A stretch of 64,000 nucleotides of DNA from Paraphysomonas bandaiensis (GCA_965644295.1 CBFFRP010000377.1:124001-188000); one strand, 5' to 3'. Counted from the stretch's first letter, positions 13,828 to 25,992 are shown. Notes: generated by a model not told the origin, from the letters alone. Numbers and translations are program-made.

Positions 13828-15626
13828 ATGCGGATAAGAGTTCTGTCTGTTTTACTGGGCTGGGTGTTTGTTGCTGCTAGCCAGTATAAGACCAATGTCC
13901 TCCTGGTCATGTTTGATGATTTGCGACCTCTTCTGCCTGCTTATGGTGAAACTCACATGATAACTCCACACATCGATGCGCTTGCTAAGAAATCTGTCAT
14001 ATTTGATCATGCGTACTGCCAGGTTGCTGTGTGCAATCCATCTCGAAACAGCATCATGACTGGTTTGTCTCCTGACACAACGAAATCATACGCTTTCTTG
14101 AATTCGTGGTGGCCACATCTTTCAATACCTCAACATTTCTCATTGTTGGATTACAACCTTGCGAGCTTTGGAAAGCTTTATCATTGGGATGACTTTGATG
14201 ACCCCCTGCAAGTTGGGTACGGGATAACCGAAAGTGATTGGTACACTTATCAGAATGTTGAAGGTGGTAGATTAAATAGCACAGTTAATCCTGATAGATA
14301 CACACCCGAAGAAGATTTTCGGGATTATATTTATACCTCAAAAGCTATTAGTGGACTTGAGAAGTTAGCTGCTGCGGAAAAATACTTCTTCCTTGGCCTT
14401 GGCTTTAAGCTTCCCCACGTCAGCCTTCACTTCCCGCACAAGTACTACGATATGTATCGCTCTCGTAGTACTGTATGGAGTTCTAGGGCCCATGCTCGCA
14501 GCCTTCAATACCCTCCCACTTCACCTGCAATATCATATAGATGTTGCGCAGGTGATGAGTTCCTATACATGAATAACGAGGGCGCTTCTCCATCCATAGA
14601 ATCAGTCAATGATCTAAAGAGTTTATCTCGCCCTATTCCCACAAGAATGCACGTGGAACTCATGTGGTCCTACAGTGCGGCAATATCTTTCCTCGATGCC
14701 CAGGTGGGCAGGGTCATGGAGGCTATAACTGCATTGGATCTGTGGGGCAATCTAACAGTAGTTCTCACATCGGATCATGGGATGCATAACGGTGAAAAAG
14801 GCATATGGTATGTGGAGATGTTACCAGTATGATCCACTATAACTTACGTGTCAGGGAGAAGTGGACTCTGTTTGATGAGAGTGCACGTGTTCCTCTTATG
14901 GTGTATCACCCAGAGTCGCCGTTCAAGGGAAAGCATTACCAGGGCCCAGTTGAGCTTGTGGATATTTATCCGACACTATTGGATATGGCCGGAGAATCAC
15001 AGCGTTTTGACGCCTCCTGTCCAACTATAAACGGCGTAAAAGTTGTCTGTCGCCCTTTAGATGGACAGAGTCTTGCATCTGTGGTTCTTGGACACGGATG
15101 GAAAAATTCTAACTCGAATGCAGGTATTTTATTTTTTTGATGAAAAGATGTGTGCGAAACATGACGTATCGTGAAAATTTCAGAAATGCGTACTATGGGA
15201 CGTGCGCACCGAAAGTTCGCTATTACTCAGTCCCTTCGATGTGCGAAGAAGAAAGACCTGCGGGCGAGTAGAGATCAAAGTATTTCTAAGGAACAGCGGG
15301 GACGTATTGCTGCCAAGATGTGGGAAAGTTGTTCTGACGAAGATTCTCACAATGAAGTATCCCTGATGGGATATTCGATGAGATCGGAATCCTTCCGTTA
15401 TACTGCCTATGTTCCTTTTAACAGAACTCTTAAGATGGCTAATGTTAGTGTGGCCCCTGTAGTCGAGGAGCTATACGACCACAGGTATGACAGCTCCGTA
15501 CCTCTCATTGATAGAGAATTAGTCAATCTAGCCCATTCGGAGAGTTATCGACATATAGCTCGTGATATGTACAGCGATCTTCAAAAGCACTTATCACAAT
15601 CCAAAAAGAAAGTGTTCTTGCATTGA
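13828..15626 (+). CDS. Secreted sulfatase (iduronate-2-sulfatase-like), 3 exons
   Basis: Signal peptide, NVLLVMFDDLRP, formylglycine motif CNPSR, GKLYH, TSDHG, and W|EKWTLFDESARVPL. Confidence 0.88.
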
Positions 15627-16103
15627 GAGGGCAAGAGAAAATTGAAATATTGAAATGTTTAATCCTTATCATTGTTCTGTTAGTCTTATTCGCTGTAGCC
15701 TATCATTTTTACGAGTATTTATATTTTTGCCTTTCCTACGTGCGATATAAAGTATTAGCATATATATGTGATGTAAACAGTGCAAATCTTCAACTAGCCT
15801 CCTCAATCAAGCAAAGGTAACGCAGCAGTGTCCGTTGAATTTTATTGAAAATACTAAAATGTAGTAACTAAGTCTCGTCGACAATACGGTTAGGTTCGCT
15901 TGCCAATTTTAAGTAGAGGAATTCCTACCGTCGTCTTTCGATGAGTTTACTGCTTGTGACCAATTCTGAAAAAAAAATACGTTAGTAGACTCTCAATGTA
16001 CGTTTTCTGGAAAACTACTACGAACTTCGAAAAGTCACTGTAGTGATTCAGTTTTGTACCATGATGTGTTATTTTTGTCGTTTTCTTGAATATTTGCCTT
16101 TGT

Positions 16104-16175
16104 TCGAATTGGATATTACACTGAAGGAAGTTAACCTTTCTCTACACGTAAAAGCCTTAACCTTGCTGTGTTCTG
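16104..16175 (-). repeat. Family-3 AT-rich dispersed repeat fragment
   Basis: Reverse complement matches aaagcaa..ga.gtttactt....gttaacttcagtgtaatgtccaattc at ~35000 and ~62910. Confidence 0.55.
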
Positions 16176-16282
16176 CGTTGCACACAATGTTCTTCGAGAA
16201 AAAATATAATTATTAATCTTAACACTTCGGAACATAGTCATGTAGCATTTGTTTACCATTATATATAATATACATAGTATCG

Positions 16283-16335
16283 AGTAGTGAATGTCTTATG
16301 ATTAGCAATAGGCGTGTAAAAGTCAGTGCTGTAGT
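16283..16335 (-). mobile_element. Isolated 3' tail of a family-1 element
   Basis: gtagtgaatgtcttatgattagcaataggcgt is the terminal sequence also seen at 22198, 47672 and 61678. Confidence 0.65.
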
Positions 16336-16348
16336 GTTAGTATAAAAG

Positions 16349-16810
16349 TGAATGTTTCCCACAACAACGTCGGACTCGCACCTTTCGTGGTGTTCTGGGG
16401 GATAAGTACCGGAGAGATTCTCTCGCGTGAGCCGCAAACATAGTCAACAGATAACGTACTGCCCACTCATAGCCGAATGCTTGTGTGGTACAAGGGACAC
16501 TAGTTAGTGTCGCTTGTGTGTAGACGTCTTTGGGCCCTGACGAATAAACAGGCATTCGGGAATGGGCCCACCTCAAAAGGGCCCACCTGAAGGGTAACCG
16601 GGGTATTGGGCTGCCTGCTAAAGTCAAGCATCCGGGATGTTCACCTTCTTAAGAACTCAGAGCGGAAGTGGTCGCACCTAGGTGCTTGCGGCGACGCACA
16701 AGCAGCTTCCGTAACTGTAGCGTTAAATAGTAAGATAAAGAAATGTGTACTGATTTTAGTTACAGGTAGCATTCATCTAGCTACTATTATTGCTAATAGT
16801 AAGACTTTCA
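16349..16810 (+). mobile_element. Family-1 dispersed element, near full-length copy B
   Basis: Runs from ccccacaacaacgtcggactcgcacc to tattgctaatagtaagactttca and is colinear with copies D, E/F and G. Confidence 0.85.
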
Positions 16811-18547
16811 ATATAGTGAATGCTTGTTCGAGCAATCCAATTGAAATCCAATTGACATTTTCTATTCAGGAGCGGACCAGAATTCTTTCTTGCCGTGCTG
16901 AGTGACTGTAGCAATGATGATATTTTGAAAGCGACCGAGACAACAGCATGAAGTGCGTGAGCGTCACTAGTGGAGCATAATAGCGTTGTTTACTCTGATG
17001 CAAATCATCGAGTGATCGTAATAAACGCACTTCTCATATGCGAACTGTTAAACTTCAAACATCCGTGCGGGTTTAAAAAAACAATTTCACCTTGAACTAA
17101 GAAAACTAGTCAAAACGTTTCAGTTGAAACAATCCCACGCTCTCAACGAACACCTGCAGCATTTTGCTATGTTTATAATTTACCAGGAAAACATGTTTTT
17201 TAAAAACACCGATTTAGTGTGTCGTGCGACGGATACCCCTCTATATGCCAGTATATAGTCACAAACCACAACCTGCTCAAAGAAATGAATTTAAAGCAAG
17301 TTATCTAGTAGTAGAAAAATAATAATAATATATTGTATTAATTGTTCATTTACAGTCATCATAAAGTACACCTCTTGTTAGCTTTTAGTTATGCTGTAGG
17401 GTAAACTTGTGGTCAAATTCAACAACGTATTTATGCTAGACATTCCCTTGCATAGTATATTGTAATTATCAGAAATTCAACACAGCTTGTTGTTGGGTTC
17501 TCCTCCCAACACAACAATTTTCGCACTATACTGTTGAGACGATTGATGGCCGTTCACACTAGTACTCCAAGTGAAATTTTGAAACTGGCCAATTGTTTGT
17601 TGAGATCAACAAATTTATACTGTGTTTAGCCTTGAAACCGCTCAACTAGCCTAAAAACTATATAAAGTCGCTGGCTTACAAGTCTTTTGCAGGGCCATTG
17701 TAAGGGAAAATACCTTTTTTTCATGAAATACTGGTTCACTATCCCCAGAGTATCAGGTACATTGAACCTCTTGTATTAATATTTAGTCCTCCATGTACTT
17801 ATTCCGTTTAGCAGCCGGCGTATTATCAGCTGGTCTCATCGCTCGATCCTCCAGTCCAAGATAATTTTGATGCTTTCATATTAGACATATATTGAGCTTC
17901 TTGGCCATGTTGACCACCCCAAACTGATCAAACTTAGATAAATGACTTCAATCTGAACTACCATCCGCTACGACATAATGACGTAAGCAGCTGAACTGAG
18001 AGCTAATTCAATTGTGTATAATAAGCATCTCTTCTACTTGTTTTAGAAATAAGAAAATATCATCTCCCACAATGCTAAACAATAACGATCATGCACTTTT
18101 ATTCTGGAGATATCCTCAACACATACCCTTACCAAACATGTTATGGTGACATGGTGACACTACTTGTATCTTGTATATACATTGAGTCTACATAATAAAA
18201 TCAAAGGAGCATTCCCTAGCATTGAGACATCACTGATATCTGTATAATATAGCTCTATGGTAAGAATATTCCCTAATGCAGATACATGTAGGAAACGGAA
18301 AAGATTTGATTATTTCTTCGCCGTCATCTTGAGTGTGTTTTACAGAAAATTCCAGTGAATGTGAAGCGATTCATAGATTCACAGAATTTCGTCGAACGGT
18401 CGCTTAAATTCTAGTCAAATGAATTCGAAGCCTTTCTTAAAACCGAAATAGAAAGCCCCATTTGATTTAGTTTCAGGATTGTAGTGCGTAATTACTTTAA
18501 ATTGTGCATCGTTACAATCATAAGATATTGCATATACATATCTCATA

Positions 18548-18940
18548 CTAATCAGACTTCTTCTTAAAAGCAACCGCATAGGAGTCTTTGTTTTCCGCTG
18601 CAGTAAAAAGCCCGACCACAGACGACACAATTAGCGGAGGCAGCATTGATGTCTTCCAGTGGACTATACAAATGACGACTGCTCGCAGAGCAATGTTGGA
18701 AAATACTTTTCGAAGCTCTAATCGAGCCTCTATTTTCTTCTCTTTGGCGCCGACTAAACTCTCGATCATTAAGTTGGCTCTGCGCATTTGAAATATCAGC
18801 GATAAGATGATATACATAGTCTGACGGATAAAATCGCACCTCACAAACGTAATGAAGAGAAATAAATGGACGACAGCAAAAAAGGCTCGCGCGGCAGTGA
18901 GATAGAGTTCTGTCTCTGAGTTGATCGAAAACGTTTTCAT
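18548..18940 (-). CDS. Small membrane protein, possibly Pho88/SND3-like
   Basis: Two hydrophobic segments. VVICIVHWKTSMLPPLIVSSVVGL recalls the Pho88 H...PL..QS motif. A probable intron lies near 18790-18840; the ends are uncertain. Confidence 0.4.
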   Translation of the reverse strand: MKTFSINSETELYLTAARAFFAVVHLFLFITFVRCDFIRQTMYIILSLIFQMRRANLMIESLVGAKEKKIEARLELRKVFSNIALRAVVICIVHWKTSMLPPLIVSSVVGLFTAAENKDSYAVAFKKKSD

Positions 18941-19788
18941 AATAGCAAATATACTGACTACAGTGAACTGTAACAGTAAGAGTGCAGCCAGTCAGTGACA
19001 GTATGTAGCAATACACGCACATACCGCTTTGACTTCGAAATCAATATTCATGGTAGATATATCGTGAAGGCGTTACCACTCCTGCTGGCTAATAGTAACA
19101 AAGAAACTTTACTGCCAAGATGCAATGCAGGTGCGTAGAGCTCGTGCTATTGACCGTGACTATCCCTCCAGAGTTAAGAGCCTGTGCAGGCCTGTGTGTA
19201 GACATGCAGTATACGTATACGGTATACATACTCTGCACTGTGCTGTATAAAGCAAGTTATACCGGTACAGTATACTTAATACAAAAATACACACATCTGT
19301 AGTCAGGAGCAGCAGAGTGGAGTTTTTTTCTAAAATTTGGGTGTAATGGATACGCAGGGGAGGGATACTTGTGTGTGTTAGACCGTACAGTATGTGGTAC
19401 ACATGCCCACTTCCAACGACGAGATGTCTACATGCATGGTATACCCATAGCGAAAAATGAGAAGGTAGGTGTGTGTATACATGTACTGTACATATGTATA
19501 CGTGCGTGCGTGTTGTGATGATGTGTCGAGAGTTTTTTGTGCACACTTCTCTCCTTCGAATCAGTCATACGATGCTGCCTGCAGTCATCAATTCCAGTGC
19601 AGCACATGAACGCGATGCTCTACACGCCCACTCACGAGCCATCCCTTCCACCAACATATTAGCCCGAGAATGACTCCCTGCGCCTCTATAGGTGTTCGTT
19701 GAATAGTGGTTGAGGCGTGTGGCGGTACATGTGAGTGTCTCTTACAACAGCATCACACACAAGTATACACACCACTGCAGCAATACTT

Positions 19789-21864
19789 ATGACATTAGTG
19801 AAGTGGTTCGCTCTCTTATGGGCGTGCTGTGGTTCGCTGTGTGCTGCTCGTGCTCTCTATGATCTTGATTTAGGAGGGAAATTAACGGATAAAGTATTAA
19901 CATATTCGTACTTGTCTGACCCTGTCGGGATTGCTACTGGAGAGTATATGGGCAATAGCGGCATATTTGTGTCGTCTTTTCTATCACATTCGATATATTT
20001 TATCAGTATTTCTAATAGTGGACACACTGCCGATGTTGTAGATCCTGTAAAGATATCAGGGGGGGAGATTTCTGTTGACAGAGATGGAGATGTAGCTGAT
20101 GCGTCCTACGCAGAGCCTTCGCGAATGGTATATGACTATTCTTGTAATGTTCTATTCGTGGCTACTCGTCGAGCTATGAGTGTTCGTGCTGTTAACTTTG
20201 CTTTTAACGAAGTGACCAGTTTGAGTGATGAAGATGGTGAAGTGATCAGCTTTGGGCATCCAACTCAAATTTCGGAGTTTCCTGGCATGGACGTGCAAGC
20301 AGTAGATGGAGACTCGCTCTTTGTCACCAATTCTAGGACTTTGTATAGGGTAAGCGCACCTGAAGGAATCCCTGACGAAGGCTATTGCACGAATATTCTT
20401 GAGTCACCTCTTGTTGTTGAGTATGCTAGTCTTTCAACTTATATGTCCATGAATGGCTATAGTGAAGACGCTTACGTATATAGTGCAGCTCCAGATCAGT
20501 CGCGATCATGCGTCTATGTGGCTATCAGCTCCCATAAGAATGTTATTCTTAAAGTCCCTTTTGAATACAGTGAATCGGATGACTACATCCATGTGAGCAG
20601 GGTGGCAGGTGACGAGGGTGCGACATGGTTGGGAGACACGTCTCTGCAACAGCCGCCCGTCTCCATCAATGGCTACGCACAGTCCAGTTCTGTGAAGCTC
20701 GCATTTCCCATGCATATGCAATACGACAACACCAACCAGTACCTCTACTGGAGTGAGTGTTATCCTTATGCCGGAGAATTTCTGCTGGGTTCACTAGCTG
20801 TTCGCCGACTTAGTCTAATCACAGGAGAGGTGGATTTCTACGCAGGTGTAGACTTCACAAAGGACACAAAGACTTACTCGTACGTCGGAACGGAAGGGGG
20901 GTACGTCGATGGTGAGGTTAACGTCGCGGAGTTCAGGTACCCAATAAGCATTGCCCTTTCCCGAGAAGAGGATAACCTCGGAGTGCCCTCTGGTGTGCTG
21001 TATGTTGCCGACAGAGAAAATGATGCTATTCGGCGAATCTCTAATGTGGTGGGCACTGCGTCTCCTTCCTCGTCTTTTACTCCCACATCAACTCCAAGCA
21101 TTAGCCTTCCACCCACTCACCGTCCTACTGCCCACCCCACTACATCCCGACCGACAATCTCTCATCAACCGACTTCTACCTATTCACCGTCGCATGTTCC
21201 CACTCCTCTGCCCACCATCTCTATCGCCCCAACTTTTAATCCGACAAAACACCCTTCCCGTCGGCCGACCCTACAGCCAACTAGGCGGCCAACTAACCGG
21301 CCAACGAAAGTTAAGGTAGTAGTGGAGGACGTGAGTTTGTTTCACTCCATGGGACTGGGGAGCTACCACGTGACCGTCGGAGCGTTAGTACTATCTACAT
21401 TTGTGGGTTTATTTTTTGCTGGGGTTATTGTTGTATCATACATGTGGCGCAACAGCAACTCGCACATGAGACTAAGAACTAGTGACTCCGTGGACTCTTC
21501 GCGACATGACTCCGCAAGTGGTGGTGTCGAGGGATCTGTAAATGGCATCATTTCCCGGCTCCTGTGGGGTACGGCACAGTATGCAGACAATGTGGACAAT
21601 GGTTTAGAAGTGTCCGTGGTTAGAACACATTCCGGTGATTATGAAGAAACAGACTCTTCCTTCGATCGACAACGTGGCCATAGTTCCATATATTCTTCGG
21701 TTCAAGAAATATCTGGGTCGTACTTTTCGAACAGTACGTTTAGAGGTGGCTCCACAGAGACTTCTGACCATAGGGACCATATTACTAGCATTTCCGAGAC
21801 TGGACAGTCAAGATCATCTCCTATGGTGGTTCGTTCACTTGGAGAGGGGTCAGATGGACTGTAA
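19789..21864 (+). CDS. Intronless type I membrane protein: signal peptide, NHL-like beta-propeller, Pro/Thr (PT) stalk, TM helix, Ser-rich tail
   Basis: 709-codon ORF containing DGEVNVAEFRYPISIA..LYVADRENDAIRRI (NHL-like), PTxxPT repeats and the hydrophobic segment VGALVLSTFVGLFFAGVIVVSYMW. Confidence 0.8.
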   Translation: MTLVKWFALLWACCGSLCAARALYDLDLGGKLTDKVLTYSYLSDPVGIATGEYMGNSGIFVSSFLSHSIYFISISNSGHTADVVDPVKISGGEISVDRDGDVADASYAEPSRMVYDYSCNVLFVATRRAMSVRAVNFAFNEVTSLSDEDGEVISFGHPTQISEFPGMDVQAVDGDSLFVTNSRTLYRVSAPEGIPDEGYCTNILESPLVVEYASLSTYMSMNGYSEDAYVYSAAPDQSRSCVYVAISSHKNVILKVPFEYSESDDYIHVSRVAGDEGATWLGDTSLQQPPVSINGYAQSSSVKLAFPMHMQYDNTNQYLYWSECYPYAGEFLLGSLAVRRLSLITGEVDFYAGVDFTKDTKTYSYVGTEGGYVDGEVNVAEFRYPISIALSREEDNLGVPSGVLYVADRENDAIRRISNVVGTASPSSSFTPTSTPSISLPPTHRPTAHPTTSRPTISHQPTSTYSPSHVPTPLPTISIAPTFNPTKHPSRRPTLQPTRRPTNRPTKVKVVVEDVSLFHSMGLGSYHVTVGALVLSTFVGLFFAGVIVVSYMWRNSNSHMRLRTSDSVDSSRHDSASGGVEGSVNGIISRLLWGTAQYADNVDNGLEVSVVRTHSGDYEETDSSFDRQRGHSSIYSSVQEISGSYFSNSTFRGGSTETSDHRDHITSISETGQSRSSPMVVRSLGEGSDGL

Positions 21865-22195
21865 ATAAAATTATAGTATCTTACCTGAATATCACGTAAG
21901 TTGTATTCGACAAATTCATGTATGTAGGATGTAGGATAGTGTGTTTTAACCAAGGCTTGATAAAAACAAGTGCGTGTATAAATAATAATATTCATATCAC
22001 GTACACAATATGTCGTAAGTGGACATACCATTGAAGTTCTATTTATTTACGTAATAAACCACTTGAGTTTACTCTGTAGGAGAGTTGACTGGTACTCAGA
22101 TATCAGATACACAGCAATGACAATACCTATTACCTATATAATATTATGTGTACAGTCTCATATATATTGTAGTGAGCGTATTATTATTAGTTATA

Positions 22196-23481
22196 TATTG
22201 AATGTCTTATTATTTAGCAATAGGCGTTGAAAATCTGCACTAAATACTAGACATACTATTTAGACCTCTACCCGTAACTAATCAATACAAACTCTTTTAT
22301 TCTACTATTTCACGCTACAGAAGCTGCTTGTGCGTCGCCGCAAACACCAAGGTGCAACCACTTCCGTTCTTAGTGTGTGTTATAAGGCTCGCCATGATCG
22401 TGTGTCTTGGGACTCACCGGCGCGTGTGATCTGGAGGTCTCCCCTTGGGATGAGACTCCACTGGCTGGGTTAGGTGGGGGCTCAGGGTATTGTATTACGC
22501 CCCTGAGTGTACCGTGTTCTAGGTGTGTGGGCTGTGAGTTGGATAGAGTGGTGGGATGAGGCGTTGAATGTATGGGCACTGATGCTGTGCTCTTTTTGGA
22601 CCTCTGGAGTAGATGGAGTTGCCGGTGACGGCGTCTCTGTGGGCGTCCCATCCAAACGGTGATAAATTCGTTTGGATTAGGTCGGTGGGATTTGTGTGTG
22701 AGGCGGGAGGTGGCGCAGTCGCGGGTCTTCTGTGGACCCTAGTAATCGTAGCACTCTCGGACACTTATATGGCTGACTCCGTTTCTGACGCGGTCGCGGG
22801 GGTAACCTAGGGAGTCCTTTGTGTAGAGTTATATAACGGCGGCCGCGATCCTGTAACATTAGCTTCGCTGCAGCATAAAGCGGTTGAAGTAGATCGATAA
22901 CCGCTGTTTCTAGGTTTCGAAGACTTTGTGCCGTCAGAGAGTTGTGTACGTGGTCTCCAAAGATCGTTTCAAGTTGGACTGTTGTGATGGTTCCGGTCCA
23001 GTATCTCTCCACACCTGCGGGATGGAGGGATTCCAGGCCTTACTGGAGAGTCTCTGTAGCGCATTTGTAACCCAGTAGGGATGGGTCTGCTCTCTTTGTA
23101 TTTTTTGGAGAGCATTTTTGTGCCTTTGAAAGACAGTCTCCCTTATCTGGGTGATGGAGTCGTGTGTGCAGTCTAGGCATAATATGTGTTTGAGAGAGTC
23201 CAGGCGAAAACCAAAGTCGGAGCATGCGGCTTTAGTCTGTTCAATGTCTTGTTTGGTTTTGGCCCGGTTTCGTCCTATATACAAAAAGATTTGTCCCATG
23301 TCAGTGCCGCGTTAAGTACTCTCTGGCGTAGGTGTGAGCTATCTTTATCCTTGGAAGGAACTCCATCCGCTTGAGCCAGTTTGCGCGGGAGAAGTGCTCC
23401 GCTGTCAGTCCAGTAGCCGGGCGCTCGGTCGGGATTGTGTCCATAGCATTTATCTCGATGCGCAGTGTAGGTCTCAAGTGT
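22196..23481 (-). mobile_element. 5'-truncated, frameshifted non-LTR retrotransposon (ORF2 C-terminus + family-1 3' tail) flanked by a ~70 bp direct repeat
   Basis: ACSDFGFRLDSLKHILCLDCTH resembles the C-terminal zinc knuckle of LINE ORF2. Broken reading frames end at 22370 and are followed by the family-1 tail (22196-22369). Flanks 22126-22195 and 23482-23563 are direct repeats. Confidence 0.65.
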
Positions 23482-23536
23482 CCTATTATACCTATATATA
23501 ATATTATGTGTACAGTCTCATATATATATATATATA

Positions 23537-24310
23537 GTAGTGAGCGTATTATTTTTAGTTATAAGCGTTAAAACAGTCAGTGCTTAACTCTGATAAACTA
23601 CTATATTTAACTCTACAAAAAAGCTGCTTGTGCGTCACCGCAACTACCTTTCGCTCTATCATCACTCAAAGCAAACACAGTGAGAATGCAGAATGTTGAT
23701 ACACCTGACACCTTCTGAATTCAAGATTTTTGAGTCCTTTAAAAGTGAACAGCCCGGATGCTTGACTTCAGCAGGCAGCCCAACACCCCGGATGAATGCA
23801 GATTTAAGCTTTTATAGTAATAATATACTAAGATGATTGTTGTGATTATTAGAGTGTAATAAGGTGAAGAACACACAGTAAAAAGTAGAAAAGTGAATAA
23901 TAATGCAGAACATAACTATCATACACAATAATGGAATAGTACAACTGACAATGACGATCGTTTTGATGACGATTGAGTATCTTCAACAGATACAATCATT
24001 AATTCAGTTCATGATGTATATTTCATTGAACATCATAACTCACACATACTATCTTGTACTAAGATGAATCCACATAGGATGCCCTTGAGGTGGGTCCATT
24101 CCCCGATGCCTGTTTATTCATCTACACAAGTGACCCTTATAGCAGTGTCCCTTGTATACCCCACAAGCATTCGGCTATGAATAGGCAGAACAATATCTGC
24201 TGTGTCTATATATTATGGGGCTCACGTTAGTTTCCCGGAGAAATATCTCCGGTATTTATCCACCAGAACATCAAGAAAAGGTGTGAGTCCGACTTTTTGT
24301 GGAGAGATTC
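23537..24310 (-). mobile_element. Family-1 copy D, interrupted by a family-2 repeat (~23794-24076)
   Basis: Family-1 sequence stops at cccggatg and resumes at ggatgcccttgaggtggg. Confidence 0.8.
23812..24071. repeat. Family-2 AT-rich dispersed repeat
   Basis: Aligns with 51838-52085 (gttgtgattattagagtgtaa...tatcttcaacagatac...aattcagttcatgat...tttcattgaacat.ataactcaca...gaatcc). Confidence 0.8.
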
Positions 24311-24640
24311 AAGTTGATGTGATGAAGAAACCTGGAGAAACGCTCTAAAACTGGTGAAATTTTGAAAATGTCGATATATATTGAGTTCTCAAACCTTACA
24401 TTCGGTGCGTCTTTGGTCTTTTTGTTAATGATAATGATAATGAAGAGCATATTATGTATAACTGGCAGTAGTAGAATCCGACCAATGTACTCTGGGCACC
24501 TGAGGTCGAGTGAGTGTGTTACGGTTTCTTTTCTACTAACCAAGTTCTGATAAGTATTATACTGTGTATATTCGTTGTAATATACTGTCACCTACAACTT
24601 TGTGAACAACACGAATATTCAGACACCACCCTTTTTCCTG

Positions 24641-25715
24641 CCCTCAACAAAGTCGGACTCGCACCTTGTCGTGGTGTTCTAGGGGATTAATACCGGAGAT
24701 ATTTCTCCGGGAAACTAACGTGAGCCGCATAATATATTATAGTCAGCAGATATTGTTCTGCCCACTCATAGCCGAATGCTTGTGGGGTACAAAGGACAGT
24801 ACTATATGGGTCACTTTTGTCGACGTCGTTGGGCACCTCAAGGGTATTCGGGGTGTTCAGCTTAAGAGCTCAAAAATCCTGAAGTCAGCAGATGTCAGGT
24901 ATATCAACATTCTGCTTTGCTTTATTGATAATTGACCATTTTCAGATGATTAAGATCGTTGTAAGAGAAGTTTAAGTTAGTCAAACTAGATAGATTACTT
25001 TATTATAATTGTATACACAATTGTGTGTGTTGTCATATATGATGTTAGAAAGTGACATTTTTAGTAATAAGACCTTGATAAACACATATATAGAATATTA
25101 TATAATTATGAGAGATACGATACTTCATTCCTTGACGTTCACCAACTCTTTCTATCTCTACTACACCAACCATTTCTAGTACGATCTTACATCGTCACTA
25201 TCTTGTACAGTCAGTATATTTCAGTTTCATCACTACAATGGCTATCATATTATTGGTTCTCATACTACAGCTAGCTACTACTGTATTCTTTGAGTAACGG
25301 ATATAATTCTAATATCTTGGAAACTACAGCTTTTAATTGCTCACAAACAGCAAAACTCAACAATGTAACACATGTCAACAACATGATAAATTATTTCGTT
25401 CATGTCAACCACTGCTCAACTTCCGTATCTTGAATCGTCATGATATAATACTTCAGTTTCACAGTTATAATAGCTATATATAGCACCTTTGACTATTGAC
25501 TACGTATTACTGTTTTTCACATTGTATTTAACGTATTCTACAGTACTATCTTAGAGAATCATACGTATTCCAACATGCTTTGAGAGATAGAGCAGAAGTG
25601 GTTGCACCGTGGTGCTTACGGTGACACACACCTTTCGTAGAGTTAAATAATAGTAGGTTATCAGAGTTAATCACTGACTCTAAACGATTATGGCTAATAA
25701 GAAGACCTTCACTAC
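24641..25715 (+). mobile_element. Family-1 copy E/F, split by a ~650 bp AT-rich insertion (~24921-25575)
   Basis: The 5' part (24641-24920) ends atcaacattctgctttg. The 3' part resumes tgctttgagagatagagcagaagtggttgcacc and runs to ctaataagaagaccttcactac. Confidence 0.78.
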
Positions 25716-25992
25716 TTCAGACAGCAAATAATAATTGCATTATTTCGACAGAACAATAAATCAGTTCTCACCCTGGAAATAAAAAACTTTAGTGACGGGT
25801 ACATATCAAGGCGAATCGTCTCTACACATCTCTCTGCATATGAAATAACGCGTACATAATTAGTTAGAGGAAAATAGAGCAACAAAATCATATATAGCAA
25901 AACATATATAGCAGCTACGCTATGTACGAAGAACTTGCTCTTCATATTGAATTCCATCATTTCTTCAGTTACATATATATCCTTATTCAAAA

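Noticed and set aside
15623-15820. Hydrophobic ORF overlapping the sulfatase stop codon
   Set aside because: TTG start in AT-rich 3' UTR-like sequence, with no splice path linking it to the gene.
16528-16570. CTGACGA in family-1 copy B as a hammerhead ribozyme core
   Set aside because: There is no downstream stem II-GAAA-stem III arrangement, and the motif is not conserved in other copies.
16680-16725. Helitron 3' end (hairpin + CTRR) for family-1
   Set aside because: There is no CTRR terminus, and homology continues ~90 bp beyond the hairpin.
18379-18410. FKRPFDEIL as a Pho88-like last exon
   Set aside because: I could not find a phase-compatible GT donor, so it may be coincidence.
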